The notes under the pieces were generated by a model. It saw only the letters and a program-made list of their open reading frames with translations, was not told the origin of the DNA and did no database searches. This document shows, in pieces, positions 15,150-27,249 of a stretch of 64,000 nt of DNA (position 1 is its first letter; each line of letters begins with the position of its first letter). Made by a program: the position numbers and the translations under genes. The stretch comes from the human T2T-CHM13v2.0 reference genome, Homo sapiens: NCBI RefSeq assembly GCF_009914755.1, contig NC_060929.1; one strand, written 5' to 3'.

Positions 15150-16170
15150 TTATATTTTGGTGTGTTTTTGAGGTGGCTGGTACTGGTTTTTCCTTTCAAC
15201 ATTTAGTGCTTCCTGCAGGAGCTCTTGCAAGGCAGGCCTAGTGGTGATGAAATCCCTCAGCATTTGCTTGTCTGAAAAGGATTTTATTTCTCCTTTGCTT
15301 ATGAAGCTTAGTTTGGCTGGATATGAAATTCTGGGTTGGAAATTCTTTTCTTTAAGAATGTTGAATATTGGCCCCCATTCTCTTCTGGCTTGCAGGGTTT
15401 CTGCTGAGAGGTCCACTGTTAGTCTGATGGGCTTCCCTTTGTAGGTGACCTGGCCTTTCTGGCTGCTCTTAACATGTTTTCCTTTATTTCAACCCTGGAG
15501 AATCTGATGATTATGTGTCTTGGGGTTGATCTCCTCATGGAGGATCTCAGTGGTGTTCTCTGTATTTCCTGAATTTGAATGTCGGCCTGTCTTGCTAGGT
15601 TGAGGAAGTTCTCTTGGATAATATACTGAACTGTGTTTTCCAACTTGGTTCCATTCTCCCCATCTCTTTCCCATACTCCAATCAATTGAAGGCTTGGTCT
15701 TTCCACATAGTCTCATATTTCTTGGAGGCTTTGTATGTTCCTTTTCGTTCTTTGTTCTCTAATCTTGTCTGCATGCCTTATTTCAGCAACATGGTCTTCA
15801 AACTCTGATACCCTTTCTCCTGCTTGGTTGACTCAGTTATTGATACTTGTATATGTTTCACGAAGTTCTTGTGCTGTGTTTTTCAGCTCCATCAGGTCAT
15901 TTATGTTCCTCTCTAAAGTGATTATTCTAGCTAGCAGCTCCTGTGACCTTTTATCAAGGTTCTTAGCTTCTTTGCGTTGGGTTAAAACATGTTCCTTTAG
16001 CTCAGTGGAGTTTATTATTGCCCACCTTCTGAAGCCTACTTCTGTCAATTCGTCCATCTCATCCTCCATCCAGTTCTGTGCCCTTGCTGGAGAGGATTTG
16101 TGATCATCTGGAGAAGAGGCACTCTCACCTTTTGGGTTTTCAGCGTTTTTGTCACTGATTCTTTTTCATC
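15150..16170 (-). pseudogene. Disrupted L1 ORF1
   Basis: Fragments IIQENFLNLARQADIQIQEIQRTP and DLSAETLQARREWGPIFNILKEKNFQPRISYPAKLSF lie in different frames. Confidence 0.9.
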
Positions 16171-17321
16171 TTCATGAGTTTGTCTAGTGTCAATCTTTGA
16201 GGCTGCTGACCATTGAAGTTTTCTGGGGCCTTTTCTCTTGTAGATGCTATTGTTGTTGTTTTCTGTTTATTTGTTTTTCTTATAATGGTCAGGTCCCTCT
16301 TCTGTAGGGCTGCTGTGGTTTGCTGGGGGTTCACTTCAGGCCCTATTCATCTGGTTCACTCCCACACCTAGAGATGTCACTCGAGGAGACTGGATAACAG
16401 CAAAAATGGGTGCCTGCTCCTTCCTCTGGGATCTCTGACCTTGAGGAGCACTGACCTGATGCCAGTAGGAATGCTGCTTTATAGGGTGTCTGACAACCCC
16501 TGTTGGAGGGTCTTACCCAGTTGGGTGGCACAGGGAGCAGGACCCCTTTAACGAAGCACTTTGACTGTCCCTTGGTGGAGGGGGTATGCTTCCCTGGGGG
16601 AAACGCACTGGTCTGGGCTGCCCGGATTCCTCAGAACTAGCTGGAGGAAAGACTAAGTCTGCTGGTCCGCAGAGCTGCCACAGCTGGTGTGTTGGCTGTG
16701 GAGGATACCCCCTCTGACCAAGCTGTCCAGCCTCCCCAGCTGCATCAAGGGAAAAGTGCAGCCTGGAGCTAAAGAGATGGCTGCTGCCCTTCTCTCACCC
16801 TGGGAACTTATTGTGTTAGGCAGCTATCAGTCCCAGACTTTGTTGTCGCCCCTTCCCCAGGGAGCTCAAACAGCTTAGACAGCAGGTAGCCGCAACTGTG
16901 GTGCTGGTCGCCCCTCCCCGCTGGGAGCTCACAGGCTTAAGCAGATTCTAGCTGATTGGCTATTGAGAATCTGTGCAGCTCCATGGTTAGGACCCTAGGC
17001 CCTGGTGGTGGGCTCACAAGTGGGATCTTCCAATCCGTGGGTTGCACAGTTCCATGGACAAAGCACGGTTTCCCAGGCTGGGTGGCACGCTCACTGACAG
17101 CCTCCCTTGACTGGGGAGTGGGGGCTCCCCTGCCCTGTGTCATTGTGGCTCTCACGTGGGCTGCCGCACCACACTGCTCTTCCTGCCTCTCTGTGGGCCA
17201 CACCAGCGGCCTAGTGAGTTGTGATAACAGAGCCTGGAGACCTCGGTTGCCAGTGCAGGATTCGCACTTTATGTTATGGTTCTTTTCCACGGGAGCCCCC
17301 AATCGCCACTGCTTCTAGTCA

Positions 17322-17330
17322 GCCATCTTG
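17322..17330 (-). promoter_or_regulatory. L1 5' UTR YY1 site
   Basis: gccatcttg (CAAGATGGC on minus strand) ~15 nt inside the L1 5' end. Confidence 0.7.
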
Positions 17331-17473
17331 GCTCCACACGGCTCGACTCCAAGATTTTAAATGATTGCAGGATTTTTTCACCGGAACAGCTGTGTGTTTG
17401 TTTTCCCCGGTTACATTGTTACAATTGAGGTTTATTTGAATCAGTGCCATGTCCTCACTTTTTCAAGTCCTCT

Positions 17474-18021
17474 GTTTCAGTTAGGATAATTTTGCAACAG
17501 GTAAAAAATTACTCAGTAAAGAGTGATATAAGCCACACAAATATTTATTACCTTCCCTATCAAGAAATCTGCAAGCAGGCTGTAATGAGGTTGGCCAGTA
17601 TCAACACTATCAGCAAGCATGTTAACTTTTTCCATGTTTCTGATCAGGCATCCTCAGTATGTTGGTGATGCTTCCTTCGTGGTTACAAGTTGGCTGTTCC
17701 AATTCCAAGCATTGCATCCCAAAAAGCAATATCCAAAGCAAGAAGCAAGGAATAAGGCAAATAGAGAGTTTTTCCTGTGTACTACTGCCTAATTTATGAG
17801 AGTAGAAAATTTTTCCCAGAGACTTTACATCACATTGACAAAGAACTGTCCTAGTTAGTTACTGGGCAAAGAAAAATGACATTTTCATGATTGGCTTAAA
17901 TTTATCTTAATTCATTCCAGAGTTGGATGGAATTCACTATAACTGTCAGAAAATCAGAAGTCTTTCACTAGGAGAAAAAGGGGAAAGAGCTGCTAGATGA
18001 GCAATCAAATGCCTTGGCCAG
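17474..18021 (-). mobile_element. Ancient MLT1-type MaLR LTR
   Basis: 'tcagttaggataattttgcaacagg', 'ggttacaagttggctgttccaattccaagcattgcatc', 'catgattggctta'; subfamily uncertain. Confidence 0.45.
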
Positions 18022-18211
18022 ATACTGATTTTGCATTTATTTTCCTTGAATAACTTCCAATCCACCTATATTGGTGGTATACTCTACTACATAAACCCTG
18101 GTCCCAAGTTTAGATTATTAATTCTGTAAGTCGCAAAGTTCAGATCTTACAATAGATTGTACATGTAGGTTAGATTCCTTAAATATTCAAAGTAGCCCTA
18201 TTGGTACACTT

Positions 18212-19435
18212 AGTCATTTATTCAACAAATACTAATTAACCCTCTTCTATGTCAGGCACTTCTTTGGGGGCTGAGCAGTGAACAAAAATGGCAATACTTT
18301 CTTTCTTCATGGAACGTATGTTAGAATGGGAGGGGATGGGTATTAAGTGAAATAAAACATTGCACACCAGATTGTGATAACCGCCATGGAGAATGTTAAG
18401 AAAGGGATAGGGAGTATAGGGGGTGCAGGGGTGGAAATTGCCATTTACATTGGGTGATTAGAAAGACCTCACGGAGAAGATGACATTTAGTAAAGATGAA
18501 TGTAGTCATGTAGGTGTCTGAAAGAAGAGTGGTCAGGACTCAGGGTGCAAAAGCTGTGAGTTGGGAGTGATCCTGACATGACAGCTAGGAGGCTGTGGCT
18601 GGAGAAGTGCATGGGAGGTAGGGCAAGCATTTAAAGGAACGAAATCGGAGAGGTCAAGTGGTCAGATCACACAGATCTTATAGGCTGATGCAAGGACTTG
18701 GTCTTTTGCTTTGAATGGCACAGGAAGTGATTGGAGGAGGTTGGGTAGAGAAGTGACTTAATCTTGCTTAGATTTTTTAAAAAATCACTCTGACTGCTTT
18801 GAGGGGAAAAAAACTGTATGTGGAAAAGAGAAGAAGCAGAAAGATGGCGTCGGAGATCATTGCAATAAAACAGGAAAGTTAGTGGCTTAGGTCAGGCTGA
18901 TATTAGCAGAGGCAGGGCTTCACTAGTGCGTTAGATGTGGGGTATGAGAAAAAGATAGGCTTCAAGTATGACTTTGGGTTTGGAGCTTCAGTAAATGAAA
19001 GGATGGAGCTTTTATTTACTGAAATGAAACAATGTCAAGGAGCAAGTGGGGGAGGGAGAAAATTAAGCATTCAGTTTTGCACATATTTAAGCTCAAGACG
19101 CCTATTAGACATCCAAGAGGAGATGCTGCCTGTGTTGCATGGGTGAGTAGTCTGGAGCTCAAGGATGAAGAGAATGCAGTTCACATACACATGGCAAATA
19201 AAGTTGTAAAGTCCAATGAGATCATTAAGTATATGAGGTCAAATAGAGGATAAATGATCCAAGGATTAGGTCCTAAACATTTTAATGTTGACATACAACC
19301 AGAAAGAAGATGAAAAAAAAAGTCTCAGTGAGCCGTGAGGACTTCTAGCAGAGGGTAGTGTCTTAAGAGTGTTTCAAGTAAAAGGAATGATCAACTTCAA
19401 AAAAATGCTGTTGATAGATCAAAATATGAACTGAG
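18212..19435 (-). mobile_element. L2 LINE
   Basis: 'tcatttattcaacaaatac...tatgtcaggcact...gcagtgaacaaaa' and 'cattcagttttgcacat...cctattagacatccaagaggagatg'. Confidence 0.8.
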
Positions 19436-21542
19436 ACTCTAAAGAGTTTAGCTTGAGGAAGGGAGAAAAGTGAAGTGATTACCAGTTGTGCAAAGATTAA
19501 ACACTCATAAAATCTTGTTTACATTGTATTGACTATGAAGTGAATCATTCATGATTTCCTATAATTATCTTTTCTTTTTGTCATTTTAGTATCCTTACAG
19601 ACATTTAAATTGCTGTCAGCAATATTTTTATGCTTTACTCTAATAAAATCTGATTTAGAAAATCTAATCAATTAGATATTTTAGGCCTAATCATTGACAT
19701 TACAAATGTACTACGGTTTTACAGAATGATGAGCCACAAATGACAAGCACATTCATTTAATTTACAAAAATTGTACTTGTCTGTTGCCTTTCAGAAGCCA
19801 TGTACTGTATAAACTTAGGCACAGAGGCCTTCCTAATAGATGACATTGAATTTCTAATGGGAACTTCTGCAATAACAAATTCATCACATCCAAAGCATAC
19901 CTCTGCAATATTTCACTTTGTCATTGGCTACACTTTTCTAAGCTCAGTGATGCTCACAAAAGCCATAGGATATCATTTGGCCTGAATCAAGAGCTTTACA
20001 TTTCCAAAGAAGAAAGAGAATGTCAAATCCCTGCTAAAATTTAATAATCTATATTCCTCAAATTTTTTGTTCCAATGTGTACTATTTCATATTGTTTCTC
20101 ATTACATTTTTCCTAAAATATTCATTTTTTTCTGGTAACTCTATATAGCATGTAACAAAACTAATATTATATCATGATCAAAATCTAAATATATATATAT
20201 ACACATTAAGGAGGCATGCTCTGGGAACTATTAGAAGTTGTCTTCTATTTTATGTCATCCTCTTTTTCAAGTCTGATCTCTGTTAGACAGCTATTTTTCT
20301 TCTGCAGCTAATATAACATTTATGTGGAGGGAGATTTCTAATTTTACTTTATTGGTGTATAAATGTGTCATTTCATACAACTAGCTGTTTTTCTTTGTTG
20401 TAACTTCTTTCTCTCTGTTTTAGCCTGAGGCTTTCCTCTTTATTTGATCAGTATAGTTTATATCATATTCTAGGCAGCACCCCTTCCCAGGAGAAAAACA
20501 GGGTTTCAAATTGCTACTCATGATTCCTAAGGCAAATGGAAAGGGTGCCTCCTGAATTAATGTTTTCTTTACTATTTTCATTGGTTATTGGTTTTATTTC
20601 CATCAGCTGATGGATACATTTATTTTCTACCTTTTAATATCATTCTCTCTCTATGACTGCCAATTGTTGTTTTGGCTTGATTATTTATGGTTGGCTGTAT
20701 GAGTGGTTAGATGGAAAAATAATCAGTGTGAGGACTTGGTGACAAAATTTGAATTAATTTTTCAATAAATAACTAAAAGGTATTTGGGGTGTATTGAGTT
20801 CAATTTTTTTGATTGGCTTCTGAGATAAATGCTTCTTTTAAGGAAAGAGAGTTGGATTCTATGTTTTCTAACACTATTCACAGCTTATAGGGATTACATT
20901 TACCCTTAAAATATATTATAGGATCTATTTTTATGAGTATTTCTGCACATGGCTGTCTGACAAAACAATGTATTAGCCAGACCTAAAAAATTTTTTATGC
21001 ATCCTCATCCCCAAATTTAAAAGAAAATATGTACCATTGTAGAACATGGAGGAAATATTCAACTACTTCTGATAGGACTTAGTTTCCTTTATTAGTCAAA
21101 AGCAAAAGAAGTATCCTGAAATATATTCCCACTATAATAATCACTCACAGAAAGAATTTTTTTTTTTTAAAAAGCTAAGTTCTCAATAAACTTGCATGAA
21201 TGCTGAGAGAAAAAGAAGCAATATGGACACCCTGAGAGTCAGATGTGGTCAAGAGCAGAGATAAAAATGGGGGCCAGGACTGAACATCCTTTTCACAAGA
21301 CATAAGCAAAGTCCATTGTATCCCTTCCCTGGAGGATGGTAAATCCATGTGGAATCATTTCCAAAATGAGTATGAAGCCCTAGGTCCTTTTCCATGCTGA
21401 TCTTCTATACTACAGAAGTCTATATTATTAGAGGTAGTCATAACAAAAAAAATGCTTTTATATTACTTCATTATTTTACCTTTTTGTCACAAATCTATCA
21501 TTAGATAAAAGAATGTCCAAACTTCCCTATGTTTCTATTATG

Positions 21543-21953
21543 TGTCAGGCCTCTGAGCCCAAGCCAAGCCATCATATCCCCTGTGACCTGCACGTACACA
21601 TCCAGATGGTCAGTTCCTGCCTTAACTGATGACATTCCACCACAATAGAAGTGAAAATGTCCTGTTCCTGCCTTAACTGATGACATTGTCTTGTTAAATT
21701 CCTTCTCTTGGCTCATCCTGGCTCACTAGCTCCCCTACTGAGCACCTTGTGACCCCCACTCTGCCCGCCAGAGAACAACCCCCCTTTGACTGTAATTTTC
21801 CCTTACCTACCCAAATCTTATAAAACGGCCCCACCCCTATCTCCCTTCGCTGACTCTGTTTTCAGACTCACCCTGCCTGCACCCAGGTGATTAAAAGCTT
21901 TATTGCTCACACAAAGCCTGTTTAGTGTTCTCTTCACACGGATGTGCATGAAA
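21543..21953 (+). promoter_or_regulatory. 5' LTR7 of HERV-H
   Basis: tgtcaggcctctgagcccaag...catgaaa; duplicated 'gttcctgccttaactgatgacatt' repeat; TATAAAA at 21819-21825; GC/GT box; ATTAAA at 21890-21895. Confidence 0.95.
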
Positions 21954-21955
21954 TT

Positions 21956-21973
21956 TGGTGCCATGACTCGGAT
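21956..21973 (+). other. Primer binding site, tRNA-His
   Basis: tggtgccatgactcggat, one mismatch from the complement of the tRNA-His 3' end (tggtgccgtgactcggat). Confidence 0.9.
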
Positions 21974-22096
21974 CGGGGGACCTCCCTTGGGAGATCAATC
22001 CCCTGTCCTCCTGTTCTTTGCTCTGTGAGAAAGATCCACCTACGACCTCAGGTCCTCAGACCCACCAGCCCAAGAAACGTCTCACCAATTTCAAAT

Positions 22097-22105
22097 CCGG
22101 TAAGC
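22097..22105 (+). other. HERV-H leader major splice donor
   Basis: ccg|gtaagc ~150 nt downstream of the 5' LTR, the position of the known HERV-H donor. Confidence 0.7.
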
Positions 22106-24099
22106 GGCCTCTTTATACTCTCTTCTCCAACCTCCCTCACTATCTCTCACCTTCTTTCTCCTTTCAATCTTGGCATCACACTTCAATCTCTCCCTTCTCT
22201 TAATTTCAGTTCCTTTCATTTTCTGGTAGAGACAAAGGAGACGTGTTTTATCTGCGGACCCAAAACTCCGGCGCCAGTCATGGACTAGGGAAGGCAGCCT
22301 TCCTTTGGTGTTTAATCATTGCAGGGACACCTCTCTAATTACTCACCCACGTTTCAGAGGTGTCAGACCACGCAGGGACGCCTGCCTTGGTCCTTCACCC
22401 TTAGTGGCAAGTCCTGCTTTTCTAGGGGAGGGGCCAGTACCCCAACCCCTTCTCTCTGTGTCTCTACCCCTTCTCTGCTTTTCTGGGGGAGAGACAAGAA
22501 CCCCTCAACCCCTTCTCCTTCACCCTTAGCAGCAAGTCTCGTTTTTCTGGGGGAGGGACAAGTACCCCAACCTTGTATCTCTTCACCCCGATCCCTTATT
22601 TCTGTGCTCTGACATCTTGTATCTCTGTGCCCCGATCCCTTATTTCCATGCCCCAACCTCTTATCTCTGTGCCTCAACCCCTTATTTCTGCACCACGACC
22701 CCTTTCCCACTTTTCTGGAAGATAAGAATCCCCGAACCCCTTCCCTCCATGTCTCTCTCTCTTTTCTCTAGGCTTGCCTCCTTCACTATAGGCAACCTTC
22801 CACCCTCCATTCCTCCATCTCCCTTAGCCTGTGCTCTCAAGAACTTAAAACCTCTTCAACTCACACCTGACCTAAAACCTAAATGCCTTATTTTCTTCTA
22901 CGATGCCACTTGACCCCAATACAAACTCGACAGTGGTTCTAAATGGCCAGAAAACGGCACTTTCAATTTCTCCATCCTACAAGACCTAAATAATTTTTGT
23001 CGAAAAATAGGCAAATGGTCTGAGGTGCCTGACGTCCAGGCATTCTTTTACATCCGTGCCTCCCTAGTCTCTGTGCCCAATGCAACTTGTCCCAAATTTT
23101 CCTTCTTTCCCTCCCGCCTGTCCCCTCAGTCCCAATCGCAAGCCTTGCTGAGTCTTTCTAATCTTCCTTTTCTACAGACCCATCTGACTTCTCCCCTTCT
23201 CCCCAGGCTGCTCCTCACCAGGCCGAGCTAGGTCCCAATTCTTCCTCAGCCTCCGCTCCTCCACCCTATAATCTTTTTATCACCTCCCCTCCTCACACCC
23301 GGTCCGGCTTACAGTTTCATTCCGTGAGTAGCCCTCCCCCACCTGCCCAGCAATTTCCTCTTAAAAAGGTGGCTGAAGATAAAGACATAGTCAAGGTTAA
23401 TGCTCCTTTTTCTTTATCAGACCTCTCCCAAATCAGTGAGCATTTAGACTCTTTCATCAAATATGAAAAACCCAGCCCAGTTCATGGCTCGTTCGGCAAC
23501 GACCCTGAGACGCTTCACAGCCCTAAACCCTAAAAGGTCAAAAGGCCATCTTATTCTCAACATTTTATTACCCAATCTGCTCCCGACATTAAATAAAACT
23601 CCAAAAATTAAATTCTGGCCCTCAAACCCCACAACAGGACTTAATTAACCTCACCTTCAAGGTGTACAATAATAGAGTAGAGGCAACCAAATAGAAACAT
23701 ATTTCTGAGTTGCAATTCTTTGCCTCCACTGTGAGACAAACCCCAGCCACATCTCCAGCACACAAGAACTTCAAATGCCTGAACCGCAGCTGCCAGAGTT
23801 TCCTCCAGAACCTCCTCCCCCAGGAGCTTGCTACAAGTGCTGGAAATCTGGCCACTAGACCAAGGAATGGCCACAGCCTGGGATTCCTCCTAAGCCGTGT
23901 CCCATCTGTGCAGGACCCCACTGAAAATTAGACTGTTCAACTCACCTGGCAGCCACTTCCAGAGCCCCTGGAACTCTGGCCCAGGGCTCTCTGACTGACT
24001 CCTTCCCAGATCTTCTCAGCTTAGCAGCTGAAGACTGACACTGCCCCATCACCTCAGAAGCCTACAGGACCATCACAGACACTCTAGGTAACTCTCACA

Positions 24100-26250
24100 G
24101 TGGAGGGTAAGTCCGTCCCCTTCTTAATCAATACGGAGGCTGCCCACTCTACATTACCTTCTTCTCAAGGGCCTGTTTCCCTTGCTTCCATAACTGTTGT
24201 GCGTATTGACGGCCAGGCTTCTAAACCTCTTAAAACTCCCCAACTCTGGTGCCAACTTAGACAATACTCTTTTAAGCACTCCTTTTTAGTTATCCCCACC
24301 TGCCCAGTTCCCTTATTAGGCCGAGACACTTTAACTAAATTATCTGCTTCCCTGACTATTCCTGGGCTACAGCCACACCTCATTGCTGCCTTTTCCCCCA
24401 GTTCAAAGCCTCCTTCACATCCTCCCCTTTTATCTCCCCACCTTAACCCACAAGTATAAGACACCTCTACTCCCTCCTTAGCGACCGATCATGCACCCCT
24501 TACCATCCCATTAAAACCTAATCAATCTTACCTGGCTCAATGCCAATATCCCATCCCACAGCACGCTTTGAAAGGATTAAAGCCTGTTATCACTCACCTG
24601 TTACAGCATGGCCTTTTAAAGCCTTTAAACTCCCCTTACAATTCCCCCATTTTGCCAGTCCTAAAACCAGACAAGGCTTACAGGTTAGTTCAGAATCTGC
24701 GCCTTATCAACCAAATTGTTTTGCCTGTCCACCCCATGGTGCCAAACCCATATACTCTCCTATCCTCAATACCTGCCTCTACAACCCATTATTCTGTTCT
24801 AGATCTCAAACATGCTTTCTTTACTATTCCTTTGCACCCTTCATCCCAGCCTCTTTGCTTTCACTTAGACTGACCCTGACACCCATTAGGCTCAGCAAAT
24901 TACCTGGGCTATACTGCCGCAAGGCTTCACAGGCAGCCCGCATTACTTCAGTCAAGCCCAAATTTCATCCTCATCTGTTACCTATCTCAGCATAATTCTC
25001 ATAAAAACACACGTGCTCTCCCTGCTGATCGTGTCCGATTAATCTTCCAAACCTCAATCTTTTACAAAATAACAACTCCTTTCCTTCCTAGGCATGGTTA
25101 GTGCAGTCAGAATTCTTACACAAGAGCCAGGACCTCACCCTATAGCCCTTCTGTCCAAACAACTTGACCTTACTGTTTTAGCCTAGCTGTCATGTCTCTG
25201 TGCAGCAGCTGCTGCCGCCCTAATACTTTTAGAGGCCCTCAAAATCACAAACTATGCTCAACTCACTCTCTACAGCTCTCATAACTTCCAAAATCTATTT
25301 TCTTCCTCATACCTGACGCATATACTTTCTGCTCCTCGGCTCCTTCAGCTGTACTCACTCTTTGTTAAGTCCCACAATTACGATTGTTCCTGGCACAAAC
25401 TTCAATCCGGCCTCCCACATTATTCCTGATACCACACCTGACCTCCATGACTGTATCTCTCTGATCCACCTGACATTCACCCCATTTCCCCATATTTCCT
25501 TCTTTCCTGTTCCTTACCCTGATCACGCTTGATTTATTGATGGCAGTTCCACCAGGCCTAATCGCCACACACCAGCAAAGGCAGGATATGCTACAGTATA
25601 AGCCACTAGCCCACCTCTTAGAACCTCTCATTTTCTTTCCATTGTGGAAATCTATCCTCAAGGAAATAACTTCTCAGTGTTCCATCTGCTATTCTACTAC
25701 TCCTCAGGGATTATTCAGGACCCCTCCCTTCCCTACACATCAAGCTCGAGGATTTGCCCCCACCCAGGACTGGCAAATTAGCTTTACTCAACATGCCCCG
25801 AGTCAGATAACTAAAATACCTCTTAGTCTAGGTAGACACTTTCACTGGATAGGTAGAGGCCTTTCCTACAGGGTCTGAGAAGGCCACTGCAGGCATTTCT
25901 TCCCTTCTGTCAGACATAATTCCTCACTTTAGCCTTCCCACCTCTATATAGTCTGATAACAGACCAGCTTTTATTAGTCAAATCAGCCAAGCAGTTTTTC
26001 AGGCTCTTAGTATTCAGTGAAACCTTTATATCCCTTATGGTCCTCAGTCTTAAGGAAAAATAGAACGGACTAAAGGTCTTTTAAAAACACACCTCACCAA
26101 GCTCAGCCACCAACTTAAAAATGACCGGACAATACTTTTACCACTTTCCCTTCTCAGAAGTCAGGCCTGTCTTCAGAATGCTACAGGGTACAGCCCATTT
26201 GAGCTCCTGTATAGATGCTCCTTTTTATTAGGCCCCAGTCTCATCCCAGA
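24100..26250 (+). pseudogene. Degraded HERV-H pro-pol (protease, RT, RNase H, integrase remnants)
   Basis: FLINTEAAHSTL (protease active-site Asp lost), SPYNSPILPVLKPDKAYRLVQNLR, YSVLDLKHAFFTIPLHP (RT), 'tttattgatggcagttcc' (RNase H DGS), integrase 'gtagacactttcactgga'; many stops. Confidence 0.9.
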
Positions 26251-26840
26251 CACCAGACCAACTTAGACTGTGCCCCAAAAAACTTGTCATCCCTACTACT
26301 TTCTGTCTAGTCATACTCCTATTCACTGTTCTCAACTACTCATACATGCCCTGCTCTTGTTTACACTGTTTCTCCAAGCCATCACAGCTGATATCTCCTG
26401 GTGCTATCCTCAAACTGCCACTCTTAACTCTTGAAGTAAATAAATAATCTTTGCTGGCAGGACTATGCTGAATCTCCTTAGGCACTCTCTAATCAGATGT
26501 CCTGAGTCGTCCCAATTCTTAGACCTTTTATACCTGTTTTTCTCCTTCTCTTATTCCATTCAGTTTTTTAATTCATATAAAACTGTATCCAGGCCATAAC
26601 CAATAATTCTAAATGACAAATGTTTCTTCTAACATCCCCACAATATCACCCCTTACCACAGAATCTTCCTTCAGCTTAATCTCTCCCACTCTAGGTTCCC
26701 ACGCCACCCCTAATCCCGCTTGAAGCAGCCCTGAGAAGCATTGCCCATTCTCTCTCCATACCACCCCCCAAAAATTTTCGCTGCCCCAAACTTCAACACT
26801 ATTTTGTTTTATTTTTCTTATTAATATAAGAAGGCAGGAA

Positions 26841-27249
26841 TGTCAGGCCTCTGAGCCCAAGCCAAGCCATCATATTGCCTGTGACCTGCATGTACACATC
26901 CAGATGGCTGGTTCCTGCCTTAACTGATGACATTCCACCACAAAAGAAGTGAAAATGGCCTGTTCATGCTTTAACTGATGACATTGTCTTGTGAAATTCC
27001 TTCTCCTGGCTCACCCTGGCTCAAAAGCTCCCCTACTGAGCACCTTGTGACCCCCACTCTGCCCGCCAGAGAACAACCCCCCTTTGACTGTAATTTTCCT
27101 GTATCTACCCAAATCCTATAAAATGGCCCCACCCTTATCTCCCTTCGATGACTCTTTTCGGACTCACCCCACCTGCACCCAGGTGATTAAAAGCTTTATT
27201 GCTCACACAAAGCCTGTTTAGTGGTCTCTTCACACAGACGTGCATGAAA
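26841..27249 (+). promoter_or_regulatory. 3' LTR7 of HERV-H
   Basis: Direct repeat of 21543-21953 (~28 substitutions plus a 2-bp indel by hand count); poly(A) signal ATTAAA at 27186-27191. Confidence 0.95.

Larger units (their letters stand above)
21543..27249 (+). mobile_element. HERV-H provirus (common ~5.7-kb internally deleted form) with two LTR7
   Basis: Paired LTRs, tRNA-His PBS, PPT aagaaggcaggaa (26828-26840), 5-bp TSD ttatg at 21538-21542 and 27250-27254, degraded gag/pro/pol. Confidence 0.97.

Noticed and set aside
22390-22700. Short repeated units in the HERV-H leader (and CCAAT repeats in LTR12C) as a CRISPR-like array
   Set aside because: They are degenerate internal repeats typical of these retroviral families, with no constant repeat-spacer period and no cas genes, in eukaryotic DNA.
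24100-25878. Functional retroviral protease/RT/integrase
   Set aside because: The protease catalytic Asp is replaced (INTEA), the RT is truncated with no YxDD motif visible, and there are many stops and frameshifts.
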